Below, in pieces: positions 40,022-50,645 of a stretch of 64,000 bases of DNA; the stretch's first letter is position 1, and every line of letters starts with the position of its first letter. The stretch spans positions 5,533 to 69,532 of IMG/VR virus record IMGVR_UViG_2663763509_000001. One strand, written 5' to 3'. The notes below the pieces were generated by a model, which was not told the DNA's origin, made no database searches, and worked only from the letters and a program-made list of their open reading frames with translations. The translations under genes and the position numbers were made by a program. This DNA is from a virus (lineage: Duplodnaviria; Caudoviricetes).

Positions 40022-41112
40022 CTCTTTAGATATTTATAATACTAATATATTCTGTATTTGTGCTTTAGATTATCAAACTGATGAAGTATTTGTATTTAAA
40101 AATACAGATAAAGATTTTATAGCAAATGCACTAGAACTGTGTAGTAAGTATGACTATATAGTAGCTCATAATGGAGTAAGATTTGACTTTTTAGTTTTAA
40201 AAAAGTATGGATTTAAACATAAAGTTAGAGATACTCTAATTGATTCTAAAATGGTTTTTCCTAAAACATTACTTCTTGAAAGAGATACTAAAAAGAATGA
40301 TGTTCCTAGTAAATTGCTAGGTTCATATTCTTTAAAAGCTTTTGGTATTAGATTAGGTAACTATAAACAACAATTTGATGATTTTACTAAATTAACTGAT
40401 GAAATGATTGAATATTGTATTCAAGATTGTAGAGTAACTAAAGATTTATTTACTAAAATTCAGGAATCTAAGGTTCTTCCTCCTTATGATGTATTATATA
40501 GTGAGTATATAGTTAGTTACTTATTGTATATGCAAGAATTATACGGATTTTATGTAGATATAAAATCCTTATTTAAACTTAAATTAAAACTATTAGAAGA
40601 AAGAAATAGTATTGATGGTAAACTACAAGAAATATACCCACCTAAATTAGTTAAGAATGGTGAGAATTTAAATCCTAAACTAATGAAAAGAAATGGTTTT
40701 CAAATATGTGGACCTTATTCTAAATTAAAGTTACAAGTGTTCAATCCAGGAAGTAGACAACAAATTGTAGATAGACTTAAAGATGTATGGACTCCAGAAG
40801 TTTTTACTGAGAAGTTTAATCCTGTTGTAGATGAGGACACTCTTAAAAATGTACCTAATAGCAAAGAATTAGTTAGATATTTAAAATTAAATAAAGACTT
40901 AGGACAACTAAGTGAAGGACCGTCTAGTATAATTAATTGTTATAATAAGGAAACAGAAAGAATACACGGTAAAGTAGATTCAACAGGTACTGTTACTTTT
41001 AGAATGACTCATAATAATCCGAATATGACTCAAATACCTAAAGATAGAAGTTTTAGAGAATGTTTTATATCTCCTAAAGGTAAAGTACTAATAGGAATAG
41101 ATGCAGATGCTT
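39975..41112 (+). CDS. polA: Family A DNA polymerase, exon 1 (3'-5' exonuclease + polymerase N-part)
   Basis: LDIES, AHNGVRFD, YCIQDC, FNPGSRQQI, GTVTFRMTHNNPNMTQIP, IGIDADA. Confidence 0.93.
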
Positions 41113-41216
41113 AGTCAACCCCTTGCATCATTCTTCAACTTTTTTACATATTTATTGAGTAATAAATTGTTTATTATACTATAATTTGATTACAAATTTA
41201 ATTATAGGGATGAATC

Positions 41217-41714
41217 ATGTTAGAAGATTTAATTATTAATTCAAAACGTAATATGTTAAGAATAATATACTACTCTCAAGTAAGATCCTCTAAGAGTAGA
41301 GGACACCCTGAGCCTAACTATACATTTGAAGAACTATCTAATCGTTTCTTAGATAATGAAGATTTTAATAGAGTATATAACAATTTCTTACGAAATGGTT
41401 GTAAGCCTAAGGAAAAACCTTCATTAGATAGAATAGATGACTTTAAACCTTATACATTAGATAATTTACAAGTTACAACAATAAGAGGAAACGAAGTAAG
41501 AGGACATAATGATAGAAGATTAGGATTGGGGACACAAGGAAGGTGCTGTAAAAAAGTTATTCAATATAACACTGATGGAGAAATAATTAGAATATTCAAT
41601 TCATCTAATGAAGCAGCTAGAGAGTTAGGGCTGTGGAGACAAAATATAAATAAAGTATGTAATGGTGAAAGAGATTCAACAGGGGGATTTAGATTCCAAT
41701 ATCTAAATTCTTGA
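41217..41714 (+). CDS. Intron-encoded HNH endonuclease with NUMOD1 domain
   Basis: PSLDRIDD..YTLDNLQ; KKVIQY...F.S..EAARELG...VC. Confidence 0.85.
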   Translation: MLEDLIINSKRNMLRIIYYSQVRSSKSRGHPEPNYTFEELSNRFLDNEDFNRVYNNFLRNGCKPKEKPSLDRIDDFKPYTLDNLQVTTIRGNEVRGHNDRRLGLGTQGRCCKKVIQYNTDGEIIRIFNSSNEAARELGLWRQNINKVCNGERDSTGGFRFQYLNS

Positions 41715-41788
41715 GCATATAAAACCCTTTGAATTCAAAGAAAACCCTGAAAATTTTAACAGGATAACTTTGAGCTAAGAATATTATA

Positions 41789-41953
41789 AGTAATAAAAAG
41801 ATAGCTCAATATGATTTAAACAGTAAATTAATTAGAGTATATCACTCTATGAATAATGTTGCAAGAGAACTTAATTTACAATATTCTAATATATGGAAAG
41901 TTTGTAATAATGAAAGAAAAACTTGTAGTAATTTTATTTTTAAATACTTATAA
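41789..41953 (+). pseudogene. Orphan NUMOD1 fragment (relic endonuclease) inside intron 3 core
   Basis: SNKKIAQYDLNSKLIRVYHSMNNVARELNLQYSNIWKVCNNERKTCSNFIFKYL*, no start; flanked by AATATTATAAGTA/TACTTATAATATT. Confidence 0.75.
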
Positions 41954-42139
41954 TATTAAAGTGCAGAGACTATCGAAAGACACAATAGTGAATCGAGTAG
42001 AGTACATTGTAAGTTATTGACAATGGAAGCGGAGGGAATTAGATATAAATCTAATTATGACATAGTCCGATCTCTATGGTAACATAGAGCAGTGATTTAG
42101 TCACGGGTATAGTGTAGCGAACTATACTGAACATAAATG

Positions 42140-42292
42140 TAGAATTAATGTTATTTGGTTACTACTTAGAAAAATTTGGAAATAAGGAGTACATTCATTC
42201 AGTAGCTTTAGGTTCAAAATCTGAAGGTAATGATGTACATACTAAAACACAGAAATTAGTAGGATTACCTACTAGAGATAAAGCCAAGACCT
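42140..42292 (+). CDS. polA: DNA polymerase, exon 2 (153 nt)
   Basis: LELMLFGYY...GNDVHT...PTRDKAKT; absent from ORF track. Confidence 0.9.
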
Positions 42293-43380
42293 TAAACTTA
42301 GGGCTATAGTATAGAAATATATTATAGAAACTTGTCTAATTCGGTAAAACTCCTGTATATTTCAGGACAATACCGAGCTAAGCTATTATTAAGATAAAAT
42401 AAGTAGAATTCCATAAACTAAATGAAAGGATTAATTTATGGAAATTACTAAATATTATTCAATACCATTTTATGGAAAAGGTTCTATTACTAATAGACAA
42501 AAACTAGTAGATAAAAGTAATAAGTATCCTAATGGTTATTTTAAAGATAAAAAATGTAGATTGTGTGATAAGGAATTTAAACCTTATTCACCTTCTCATC
42601 ATTATTGTTCTGATGAATGCACAGAACTAGCCAGAGCTGATGCATATTACTATAGAAATTATAAAATTTCTATATTTCAATATTATGATATTTATATGAA
42701 AAATAATGGTAAATGCTATATTTGTAATTCAGAAGGCTTTACTCTTAGCTGGAATAACCCAACAACTTCTCTAGCTTTAGATCACGATCATAAAACAGGA
42801 AAAGCTAGAGGAATGTTATGTCATAATTGTAATAGAGCATTAGGTTTATTTAATGATTCTTTAGATACTTTAAAAAAAGCAATAGACTACCTAAATACAG
42901 ATTTAGATATAGATGATAATGATAGATCTAATAGAGTATTTAGGAATAGAGGAAATAATAGTGCAAATAAATTATCTAAAGAAGATATTTTTAATATTTA
43001 CGATATGAAGTTTAATCAAAATCTTGTACCATCTGTTATAGCTGAAAAAGTAAATATATCAGCTAATATGGTCACAGGGATATTAAAAGGTAACCACCAT
43101 AAAAAATTACTTATTGAATGGAATAATCTTAATAATAGAAAGTGTAACGACTATCCAGAAATGGAGTACACTATAAGCGATTGATAGTGGAAATGGCAAG
43201 ATGCTAAACAGATAATGCTGTAGTAGTGATATAGTCTGATCTATATGGTAACATATAGCAGTTCGTAACTTTACATTTTAGAACTTCTATTCTATAATAA
43301 TTAAAGTCCAAAATATTTCTTTGTATTTTATGTAAAGTAAGAGAACGCATTTAGAGTAGCGATCTAAATGGAACATAATG
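42293..43380 (+). mobile_element. Group I intron 4 in DNA polymerase motif B
   Basis: Starts TAA after ACCU; core ACGACTATCC...ATATAGTCT; splicing restores RDKAKT|FSYASLYG. Confidence 0.88.
42438..43184 (+). CDS. Intron-encoded endonuclease VII-like (His-Me) homing endonuclease
   Basis: CYIC...LDHDHKTGKARGMLCHNCNRALGLF; N-terminal CxxC...CxxxC; C-terminal HTH. Confidence 0.88.
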   Translation: MEITKYYSIPFYGKGSITNRQKLVDKSNKYPNGYFKDKKCRLCDKEFKPYSPSHHYCSDECTELARADAYYYRNYKISIFQYYDIYMKNNGKCYICNSEGFTLSWNNPTTSLALDHDHKTGKARGMLCHNCNRALGLFNDSLDTLKKAIDYLNTDLDIDDNDRSNRVFRNRGNNSANKLSKEDIFNIYDMKFNQNLVPSVIAEKVNISANMVTGILKGNHHKKLLIEWNNLNNRKCNDYPEMEYTISD

Positions 43381-44057
43381 TCAGTTACGCTAGCCTATAT
43401 GGTTCAGGAGCATTTAAATTAGGTAGAGGTTTATATACTGAAGGTTGTGTAGATGATTATACGGAAGAAGAGTATAGTAAACATAAAAGATTAGTTGAAA
43501 GTAAAATTATAAATAATGATTTTATAAGGATAGATAAATCCACAGTATTAAAGTATGATCCTAAATTTATATTAATGTCTATTTATGGTGAAAGACTTAG
43601 AAGTAGATTTCTTAATGGTACAGAAGGTTTTATAGACTTGATGAATTATTTAACAGAACAATTTAATCAACAGAATCAATTTATAAAATCTTTAGATGAT
43701 AGATTTGTATATTGTAATTCAGCTCATAAATCTCTAAATGTACTTCTTCAATCTAGTGGTGCTATATTTATGAAATACTATCTTTTAAATGTATTCTATA
43801 GTCTAACTAAAGAAGGATTAAAACTAAATAGAGATTATGCAAATATAGCCAATATACATGATGCTTTAGTATTAGAAACATATCCTCAGTATAGAACTAT
43901 TATATGTGATACATTGGTTAAATCTTTTACAGAAGTAAGTGATAGATTTAATTTCTCATATCCTATAAAAGGATACCCTATTATACACAATAATCTGTAT
44001 GATATTTTTGTCGATGAGAAAGAAAAAAGAACTTACTTTAAATTTGATGATTATTGA
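43381..44057 (+). CDS. polA: DNA polymerase, exon 3
   Basis: YASLYGSG, HKSLNVLLQSSGAIFMK, motif C NIHD. Confidence 0.92.
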
Positions 44058-44067
44058 AAGGAATAAT

Positions 44068-44715
44068 ATGTTAGACATAAACAAACCTATATTATTAACT
44101 AATTTATTTATTGATTTTTTAGATTACAATTATAAAGAATTAAATTATAACAATAGTATTCATATTTCTAATCGTTCAAGACTGATAGATTCATTATATT
44201 CAGTTTATGATTCTAATTTAGATAAATATTATAATATATATTATATAGATAAATCTAAATTACATGTACCTATAGAATCACTTAATAAAATAAAAGATCG
44301 TATTATGAATCTAAAACCACAGGATAAAATAGCTATTGAATTTATGAAAGAATTACTTTCAGTTGAAGATCTTAAAACTGTAAATATTAAATTGAATATA
44401 TATTCAGATGAAAGGGCTAAAAAAAGATATCTCAATCTAATTAACTATGCATTAGATAAGTTAAATAAAATGAAAAATTCCAATGAACTTATAATAATAG
44501 AATCAAGTTATAAACATGATCTATGTGTAAAATTTGATCTTATGGTGTATACATCTACAAAGAAAATACATTCTAAAATACATAATTTAAATATAGGGTT
44601 ATCAGAAAAAGATAAAATATACACTTTTAATAAAAATACTCCTAAGTATCAAATAATTAACTATTTTAACAGTTTAGTACACTGTTTATTTGCTAATAAG
44701 GAAGGGATACAATGA
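44068..44715 (+). CDS. Hypothetical protein
   Basis: ATG 44068 after GAAAGGA SD (track starts at 43999). Confidence 0.65.
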   Translation: MLDINKPILLTNLFIDFLDYNYKELNYNNSIHISNRSRLIDSLYSVYDSNLDKYYNIYYIDKSKLHVPIESLNKIKDRIMNLKPQDKIAIEFMKELLSVEDLKTVNIKLNIYSDERAKKRYLNLINYALDKLNKMKNSNELIIIESSYKHDLCVKFDLMVYTSTKKIHSKIHNLNIGLSEKDKIYTFNKNTPKYQIINYFNSLVHCLFANKEGIQ

Positions 44716-46934
44716 CAGATACACTAGTAGAACAATTACAAGATAATTTAAAAGAGTATGGTTTATTTAATAAACCTGATGAAGATAATATTTTATTTGA
44801 TATAGTTAAGTGTTTAGATACTAGATTAGAAGATAGAATGAAGTTACAATTAGTTGTACATAGTTTTATCAATCTAATTAGTAATCTTAGAATACCTATT
44901 AGTATAGATAATCAATTAGTTCCTATAAACAGTATTGCATTCTTATTTAGTCCATCAGGATCAGGAAAAGATTCAACTATCAACAAGATTAATGGAATAC
45001 TTAGTTCATCTGTAGAATTAATACTGGGTAAAAGAGATCAAATTAATTTTGAACAAGCAGAAAAATTACTTAGAAACTCTAAAGAAAAAAATGTAGAATT
45101 AAATGATTTCTTACTAAAACTTCCACCATTAGACATAGGTATATCAACTGTAGAAGGACTGACTTCATCATTAGAAGTTAATCAAAGAATACCATTAGGT
45201 TCAATTAATGTCAATACTAATGAGTTGATAGCTGAAATGAATTCAAATCAAGCTACTTTAATAGGTATGTTATCAGCTGTAGCTGAAATGTATGACTTAG
45301 GTAATAAGCAATCTAAACAATTAAAGGATAAATCTAAAGAAGTAGGTAATCTAAAAAATGTATTTATTAATGCTTTATTGACTTCATCTTATAATGTCTA
45401 TGATAGACAAGATATAAGAGCTTCATTATCTAATGAATTTCAGTCTAAGTTAGCAAGAAGATCTAGTATCACATTTTCTAACACAGTTATTCCTGAGCCT
45501 CATTATGATAATATTGAAGATATGATAGATAAGATGATAGAAACTAAAGGAAGCATCTATACTAATATTGATACTATTAGTGATAGATTAAAAGATATAA
45601 TAGCTCATTATTTAGAAAATCCTGATCATACTTTATTTATAAGTCCAGAACCTGAAACATTTAGATTATATCTAAAGTATCAATTATATTGTAGACACAA
45701 ATCTAGTAGATTGAATTCTATTGAGTATAAACTATCTAGTTTAAATATTGCTAATAGATATTGGCAAGCATTAAAGCTTAGTGGTGCTATAGCTTTATAC
45801 AACAAAGAAATGTTTATTTCTAAAGAATCTTTTATATTAGCTGTACAAATTGTAGAAGTTATAAATAATGATATTTTTGTCTTTGAAAAAGAACTAAATA
45901 AAGAAGTATTTGAATTATTTATAGACTACTGTGAAGAAGGTATAAAAGAATCTAAAGAATTTAGTATTCCTTTATTTAAACTAAAGAAATTAAACTTTAT
46001 ATCAGGTAAAGGTAATGATGTATCTCAAGTAAATTCTCTAATTAATACTTGTTCTTCAAGAGAAGAACTAAATGGTATATTTAGATTTAATAATAATATT
46101 CTAACTTATGAGAAACTAGAAACTACTAATGACATAGGAATTACATTTAAAGAACTTAAAGGTATTAGTAAAGAAGATAGAGGAAAGTATCTAGGTAAAG
46201 AAGGATGGAGTTATAAAACAGTACCTTTTGAAGCATTAGAAATCTTATTAAAAAAAGATTATGCTTATAATTTCTTTGAATATACTGACAATGTAAAAGT
46301 CATAGAAAATATATTACCTTTTACAAATGTGTTAGTATTTGATATAGATAAAGGAGATTATTCTATAGACAAAATGCATGAATTATTAACAGGAGTATTA
46401 GATCATCATATATCGACTACTTCTAATAAAAGTAATTTGTATAAATATAGATTAATAATACCTTTAAAACAGAAGTTTAAGGTTAATAAGAGTATTTGGA
46501 AAGATTTATTAAAATCTATAGCTAAAGACTACTTATTTGGTATAGAAATTGATAGGCTATCTATTTCTCAAGCATTCTATTCCTATAAAGATTCAATTGT
46601 ATATAGTGATATTCAAGGTAATAAACTAGATATAAAACCTTATCTAACTAAATTAGAATCATTAGCTATGTTTAAGAAACCTTTAACGTCTAAAGAAAAA
46701 GAAGTACAATTAAAGAATACTTTTAGTACTTTTCAGTATGCTTTTAATGCTAAAGAAGGTACTAGGAATCATTCATTAATAAGTGCTATAAATCACGCAT
46801 TTGATTTAGGAGCTTCAAAGGAACAATGTATAGACTTAGTTAGATCAATAAATGAATACTGGGAAGATCAATTAGAAGAAAAAGAAATAGAAACAAATAT
46901 AATGCCACATATAAACAAAAAGTATGGAGGATAA
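44712..46934 (+). CDS. N4 gp43-like DNA primase (P-loop domain + AEP/PriCT)
   Basis: SPSGSGKDS Walker A; VFDID...HISTTS...YRLIIP; EGTRNHSL. Confidence 0.8.
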   Translation: MTDTLVEQLQDNLKEYGLFNKPDEDNILFDIVKCLDTRLEDRMKLQLVVHSFINLISNLRIPISIDNQLVPINSIAFLFSPSGSGKDSTINKINGILSSSVELILGKRDQINFEQAEKLLRNSKEKNVELNDFLLKLPPLDIGISTVEGLTSSLEVNQRIPLGSINVNTNELIAEMNSNQATLIGMLSAVAEMYDLGNKQSKQLKDKSKEVGNLKNVFINALLTSSYNVYDRQDIRASLSNEFQSKLARRSSITFSNTVIPEPHYDNIEDMIDKMIETKGSIYTNIDTISDRLKDIIAHYLENPDHTLFISPEPETFRLYLKYQLYCRHKSSRLNSIEYKLSSLNIANRYWQALKLSGAIALYNKEMFISKESFILAVQIVEVINNDIFVFEKELNKEVFELFIDYCEEGIKESKEFSIPLFKLKKLNFISGKGNDVSQVNSLINTCSSREELNGIFRFNNNILTYEKLETTNDIGITFKELKGISKEDRGKYLGKEGWSYKTVPFEALEILLKKDYAYNFFEYTDNVKVIENILPFTNVLVFDIDKGDYSIDKMHELLTGVLDHHISTTSNKSNLYKYRLIIPLKQKFKVNKSIWKDLLKSIAKDYLFGIEIDRLSISQAFYSYKDSIVYSDIQGNKLDIKPYLTKLESLAMFKKPLTSKEKEVQLKNTFSTFQYAFNAKEGTRNHSLISAINHAFDLGASKEQCIDLVRSINEYWEDQLEEKEIETNIMPHINKKYGG

Positions 46935-46938
46935 TTAA

Positions 46939-47382
46939 ATGGTAGTAGTATGTCCAGATTTTAATTTTGATAACCATCCTAAAGTTGAAAAGTTATTTTC
47001 TATTTTAAATTATAAAGTTTATGAAAAAAATGGTTTTAAACTTTATTCTTTATGTGTAGATAGTTCTATAATAAGTTCAATAGTATATATAGATATAATG
47101 AATGATCTGACTGTAACTTTAGGAGATGCATTCAATTCATATATACATCAAAATTTTATAAATGCTATAGTCACTAATAAAAGATATGAAGGAGAATTAG
47201 AACATAAAAAAACAGATTGTGCATTTGAATTAGTACTTATAACATTTGATAGTAAAATACATGATAGATATGGTGTTGCATATTATTTTAGAAATTATAG
47301 ACCAGCTTTACTTACAGAAACTACTATAGCTATAGAAGAGTTTATTTTAGACTATAAAAAAGAAAGGTTAAAATGTAAATGA
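46939..47382 (+). CDS. Hypothetical protein
   Basis: GGAGG SD. Confidence 0.65.
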   Translation: MVVVCPDFNFDNHPKVEKLFSILNYKVYEKNGFKLYSLCVDSSIISSIVYIDIMNDLTVTLGDAFNSYIHQNFINAIVTNKRYEGELEHKKTDCAFELVLITFDSKIHDRYGVAYYFRNYRPALLTETTIAIEEFILDYKKERLKCK

Positions 47383-47654
47383 TAGTAGAAGAATGGTTTG
47401 ATAATAACAATAATTTAACTATGAAATTTATTGATGATTTTATAACTGATTCGTTTGAAGTTGATCCTAATCCTAAGGTATTTATAATAGATAGATTGTA
47501 TGAATGTTCTTCTAAATGTTCTAGAAATAGTAAATCTATGAAGTATAAAACACATTCATATAATATAGAATCGTTAGAACATTACCAAAATAAGGTTAGG
47601 AATAGTATATTACATTTAAAAGGTAAAATAAATATAAAGGAGGTAAATGAGTAA
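47379..47654 (+). CDS. Hypothetical protein
   Basis: Coupled ORF. Confidence 0.55.
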   Translation: MIVEEWFDNNNNLTMKFIDDFITDSFEVDPNPKVFIIDRLYECSSKCSRNSKSMKYKTHSYNIESLEHYQNKVRNSILHLKGKINIKEVNE

Positions 47655-48444
47655 TTCATTAGGTTATGTAGACAAATCTAAAGATATTCCAGAAGATTGT
47701 TATTTGTTTAGTGCTTCTTCAATAAATAACTATTTTTTTAATCCTAATAAGTTCTTTAGGAAAGTTATATTGAAAGAAGAAGTTAGTGAACAAACTAACA
47801 GTACTATATTAGGTACAGTAGTTCATCATTTTGCATCTAATTATGATAGAAACTATGATGAAGTAGAAAAAGAAGTTATTGAGTTCTTGGAAGAGTATAA
47901 AAGTAGCGAATCTGTAGATATTAATTATATTAAATCTAAATATCCATTTATGGCTCAAGAATTAGTTTCTTATATAAAGAATTTTGATATATTTGAACCT
48001 ACAGAAAGGGAAAGTTCTTATCTATTAAAATTAACAGATAGAGTTTATTTAGGAGGTACTATAGATGTTAGATATGATAATCTATTATTAGATTATAAGA
48101 CTACATCTAATAAGTATATAACTACTGATACTCCTATACCAGATAACTATAAATTACAATTATATACTTATCTTCATTTATTACATAAAAATAATGTAAA
48201 AATTGATAAATACGGTATAACTTGGATTAGTGTTCCTGAGTATGGTAGAATATCAGAAAAAACAGGTAAACCATTAAAAGATTATCCTACTAATATAGTA
48301 ACTAATACTGAATATATTGACTTAGATTTTTATAATGAAGTATGGAAAAAGATTATGTTAGTTGCAGAAAATATAGAATACATATTAGATAATCCTAATA
48401 GTCTATATTTATTTGCTAAAGATTTAGAATTGAAAGGAAAATAA
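47647..48444 (+). CDS. PD-(D/E)XK exonuclease
   Basis: SASS, LGTVVH, GTIDV...DYKT, QLYTY. Confidence 0.85.
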   Translation: MSNSLGYVDKSKDIPEDCYLFSASSINNYFFNPNKFFRKVILKEEVSEQTNSTILGTVVHHFASNYDRNYDEVEKEVIEFLEEYKSSESVDINYIKSKYPFMAQELVSYIKNFDIFEPTERESSYLLKLTDRVYLGGTIDVRYDNLLLDYKTTSNKYITTDTPIPDNYKLQLYTYLHLLHKNNVKIDKYGITWISVPEYGRISEKTGKPLKDYPTNIVTNTEYIDLDFYNEVWKKIMLVAENIEYILDNPNSLYLFAKDLELKGK

Positions 48445-49103
48445 TGGCAATAAAAATATTAATTTCAGGTTTTGAAAATACAGGTAAATCTACACTTGTA
48501 TCTAAATTAGAAGATTCTTTAATAATTAACTGTGATAAAAAGGACTTTGCATTTCAAACACTGCATACTAATAAGCAAGATTATAAAGGATTAGACGACT
48601 TTAAAAAGTTTTGTAATGAAAAAATACTTGCATATAAAAACAAGTATAATAAATTACCTAAGTATGTAGTAATAGATACAATTACTCAATTGTATGGTAG
48701 TATGACTAACTATAATAGTAGTGTGTATAAAGGATTTAATATACATTCACAGAATGAATCAGATACATTAGGTATTAATGAGTATTTAGAACAATTAGTA
48801 TCTAAAGGTATTAATATAGTTATCTCTGCTCATACAAAGTATAATTCTGATACAGGACGATATGAGATACCTAGTCAAGGTAAATTTAGAGATTCAGGGT
48901 CTTGGTTATCTATTGTTAATGAAGCTATTCATATTAGTAGAGATGAAGAAAATCATTTAGTACACTTAAAATCTAAATCACTTCCTGTTAGATCACTAAT
49001 AGATTGGGATAAAGATTCAGTTAACTTTAATGATTTTGATATAAATGAATACTGTTCTAAGATTATATCTGTGCAAGCTGAAAATGAGAAGTTCTTAATT
49101 TAG
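48444..49103 (+). CDS. AAA_24 / Sak4-like ATPase (N4 gp44-like)
   Basis: GFENTGKST, VVIDTIT, ISAH. Confidence 0.85.
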   Translation: MAIKILISGFENTGKSTLVSKLEDSLIINCDKKDFAFQTLHTNKQDYKGLDDFKKFCNEKILAYKNKYNKLPKYVVIDTITQLYGSMTNYNSSVYKGFNIHSQNESDTLGINEYLEQLVSKGINIVISAHTKYNSDTGRYEIPSQGKFRDSGSWLSIVNEAIHISRDEENHLVHLKSKSLPVRSLIDWDKDSVNFNDFDINEYCSKIISVQAENEKFLI

Positions 49104-49237
49104 TGAGGTATTTATGATAAATAAAACAATATCACATATAACAGAGCTACTTAGGTACTTCGATTCCGATAGTATCGAAGCTAGAGATATTATGGAAACT
49201 ATATATTATTTAAATAAAATTAAAAAAGGAGAAATAA

Positions 49238-49900
49238 ATGAGTTTTTTAACTAGAGATGACTCTAAAATTAACGATATGGAAAAAAGTAAAGGAGGTAAT
49301 ATCTACACTAGTGGTATCTATGAAATTGAAATAGAGAGAGTAGAAGCAAAGAAAACTCCTAATGGTGCTAAAGTGTTAGATATTGCTTATGTAATGGGTA
49401 ATGGAGCTAAAGGTTATTTATTTGGATTAAAACTAACAAATAATGATGGTACTGAAAATTTTCAAAGAGCATTGGTAGATGCCTTAATGGCTATTGTAGG
49501 ATTAAAAACAGTAAATAATCCTGTAAAAATGAAAATTAATACAGCAAAAGGTGAGAAAGAAGTACATGTACTAAAAGAATTCTCAGGTAAAAAAGTTAAA
49601 GTATTTGTAGTAGCAGAGTATACTAAATGGCAAAATAAAATCTATAAAAATATTAATATACAAAACTTCTATAGAGCTTCTGATAATGCTTCAGCTAAAG
49701 AGATACTAACAGGAAGTGATGTAGGTACAAGATTTGAAATAGACTCTAAGTATGCTAATGAAGTAGTATATTCACAAGGTGTTACTGAAGAAGAAGCTAA
49801 AGCTTGGGAAGAAGCTAATAAACCTAATAAAGGTACTAGTACTGGTAATAGTAATAAAGAAATAGAATTAAAAGATGATGATTCAGAAATCCCATTCTAA
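49238..49900 (+). CDS. ssb: Single-stranded DNA-binding protein (N4 gp45-like)
   Basis: SGIYEIEI...GAK; C-terminal DDDSEIPF; synteny. Confidence 0.8.
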   Translation: MSFLTRDDSKINDMEKSKGGNIYTSGIYEIEIERVEAKKTPNGAKVLDIAYVMGNGAKGYLFGLKLTNNDGTENFQRALVDALMAIVGLKTVNNPVKMKINTAKGEKEVHVLKEFSGKKVKVFVVAEYTKWQNKIYKNINIQNFYRASDNASAKEILTGSDVGTRFEIDSKYANEVVYSQGVTEEEAKAWEEANKPNKGTSTGNSNKEIELKDDDSEIPF

Positions 49901-50408
49901 AATAGGTATTGATGTAGGAGCTAAAGGAGCTTTAGCACATATAACTAAGGACGAGATTATAAATGTCCTTAGGTTCAATAAAGTAGGATTAAAAGGATAC
50001 ATAGATTATTTAAAATCTATAGATTATCCTGTAGATATCTATGTAGAAAAAGTTCATTCTATGCCTAATCAAGGTGTTAAATCTATGTTCACATTTGGAA
50101 TGAGATATGGAGAAATATTAGGTATATTAGATACTTTGGAACTTAGATATATGCAAGTTCCTGCAAACTACTGGCAACAGGTAATTTTAAACAATGAAAA
50201 TTTTAGCAATATTCACATTAGTTTAAAAACTTTAAATTCCTTAAATAAAAATGTAAACAGTACTAAATTATCTGTTGCAGAGGTAGTCCAATTACTATAT
50301 CCTTTACAAACGAATCTGTATTACACTAAGAGAAACACTCCTAACTTAGATATTACAGATTCTATTGGTATAGCCATATATGGCTTAGTGTCGAAACATT
50401 TAAATTAG
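49875..50408 (+). CDS. RuvC-like Holliday junction resolvase
   Basis: IGIDVGAKGA, VEKVHSMPNQGVKSMFTFG, DITDSIGIA. Confidence 0.82.
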   Translation: MMIQKSHSKIGIDVGAKGALAHITKDEIINVLRFNKVGLKGYIDYLKSIDYPVDIYVEKVHSMPNQGVKSMFTFGMRYGEILGILDTLELRYMQVPANYWQQVILNNENFSNIHISLKTLNSLNKNVNSTKLSVAEVVQLLYPLQTNLYYTKRNTPNLDITDSIGIAIYGLVSKHLN

Positions 50409-50466
50409 ATACTTTGGTAATATTTAATTACCAAATATTCATAATGTATCCTAATTAATTTAATAC

Positions 50467-50475
50467 TGCTATAAT
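50467..50475 (+). promoter_or_regulatory. Extended -10 promoter for tRNA region
   Basis: TGCTATAAT about 35 nt before the first tRNA-like sequence. Confidence 0.55.
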
Positions 50476-50509
50476 AATAGCAGTATTATTTGTAATAATA
50501 AACACAAAA

Positions 50510-50551
50510 GGATATTTAACTCAATGGTAGAGTAGTCTCCTCCTATGAGAC
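50510..50551 (+). pseudogene. Truncated tRNA-Arg(CCT), 5' half only
   Basis: GGATATT-TA-ACTCAATGGTAGAGT-A-GTCTC-CTCCTAT-GAGAC; no T arm or 3' acceptor strand. Confidence 0.6.
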
Positions 50552-50559
50552 TTTTATAA

Positions 50560-50645
50560 GGACACTTGGTAGAGCGGTTTATTACACATCTTTGCTAAAG
50601 ATGAGGTGTTAATAGCATCCACAGGTTCGAATCCTGTAGTGTCCT
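50560..50645 (+). tRNA. tRNA-Ser(GCT)
   Basis: GGACACT/AGTGTCC acceptor; CATCT-TTGCTAA-AGATG anticodon arm; long variable arm; GGTTCGAATCC. Confidence 0.9.

Larger units (their letters stand above)
41113..42139 (+). mobile_element. Group I intron 3 in DNA polymerase motif A
   Basis: Exon end AUGCUU pairs with GAGCAU at about 41713; core CAGAGACTATC...CATAGTCC; splicing restores DADA|LELM. Confidence 0.88.

Noticed and set aside
32610-43380. Stop-codon reassignment or pseudogenisation to explain the broken RNAP and DNA pol ORFs
   Set aside because: Each break coincides with a group I intron whose removal restores the catalytic motif in frame
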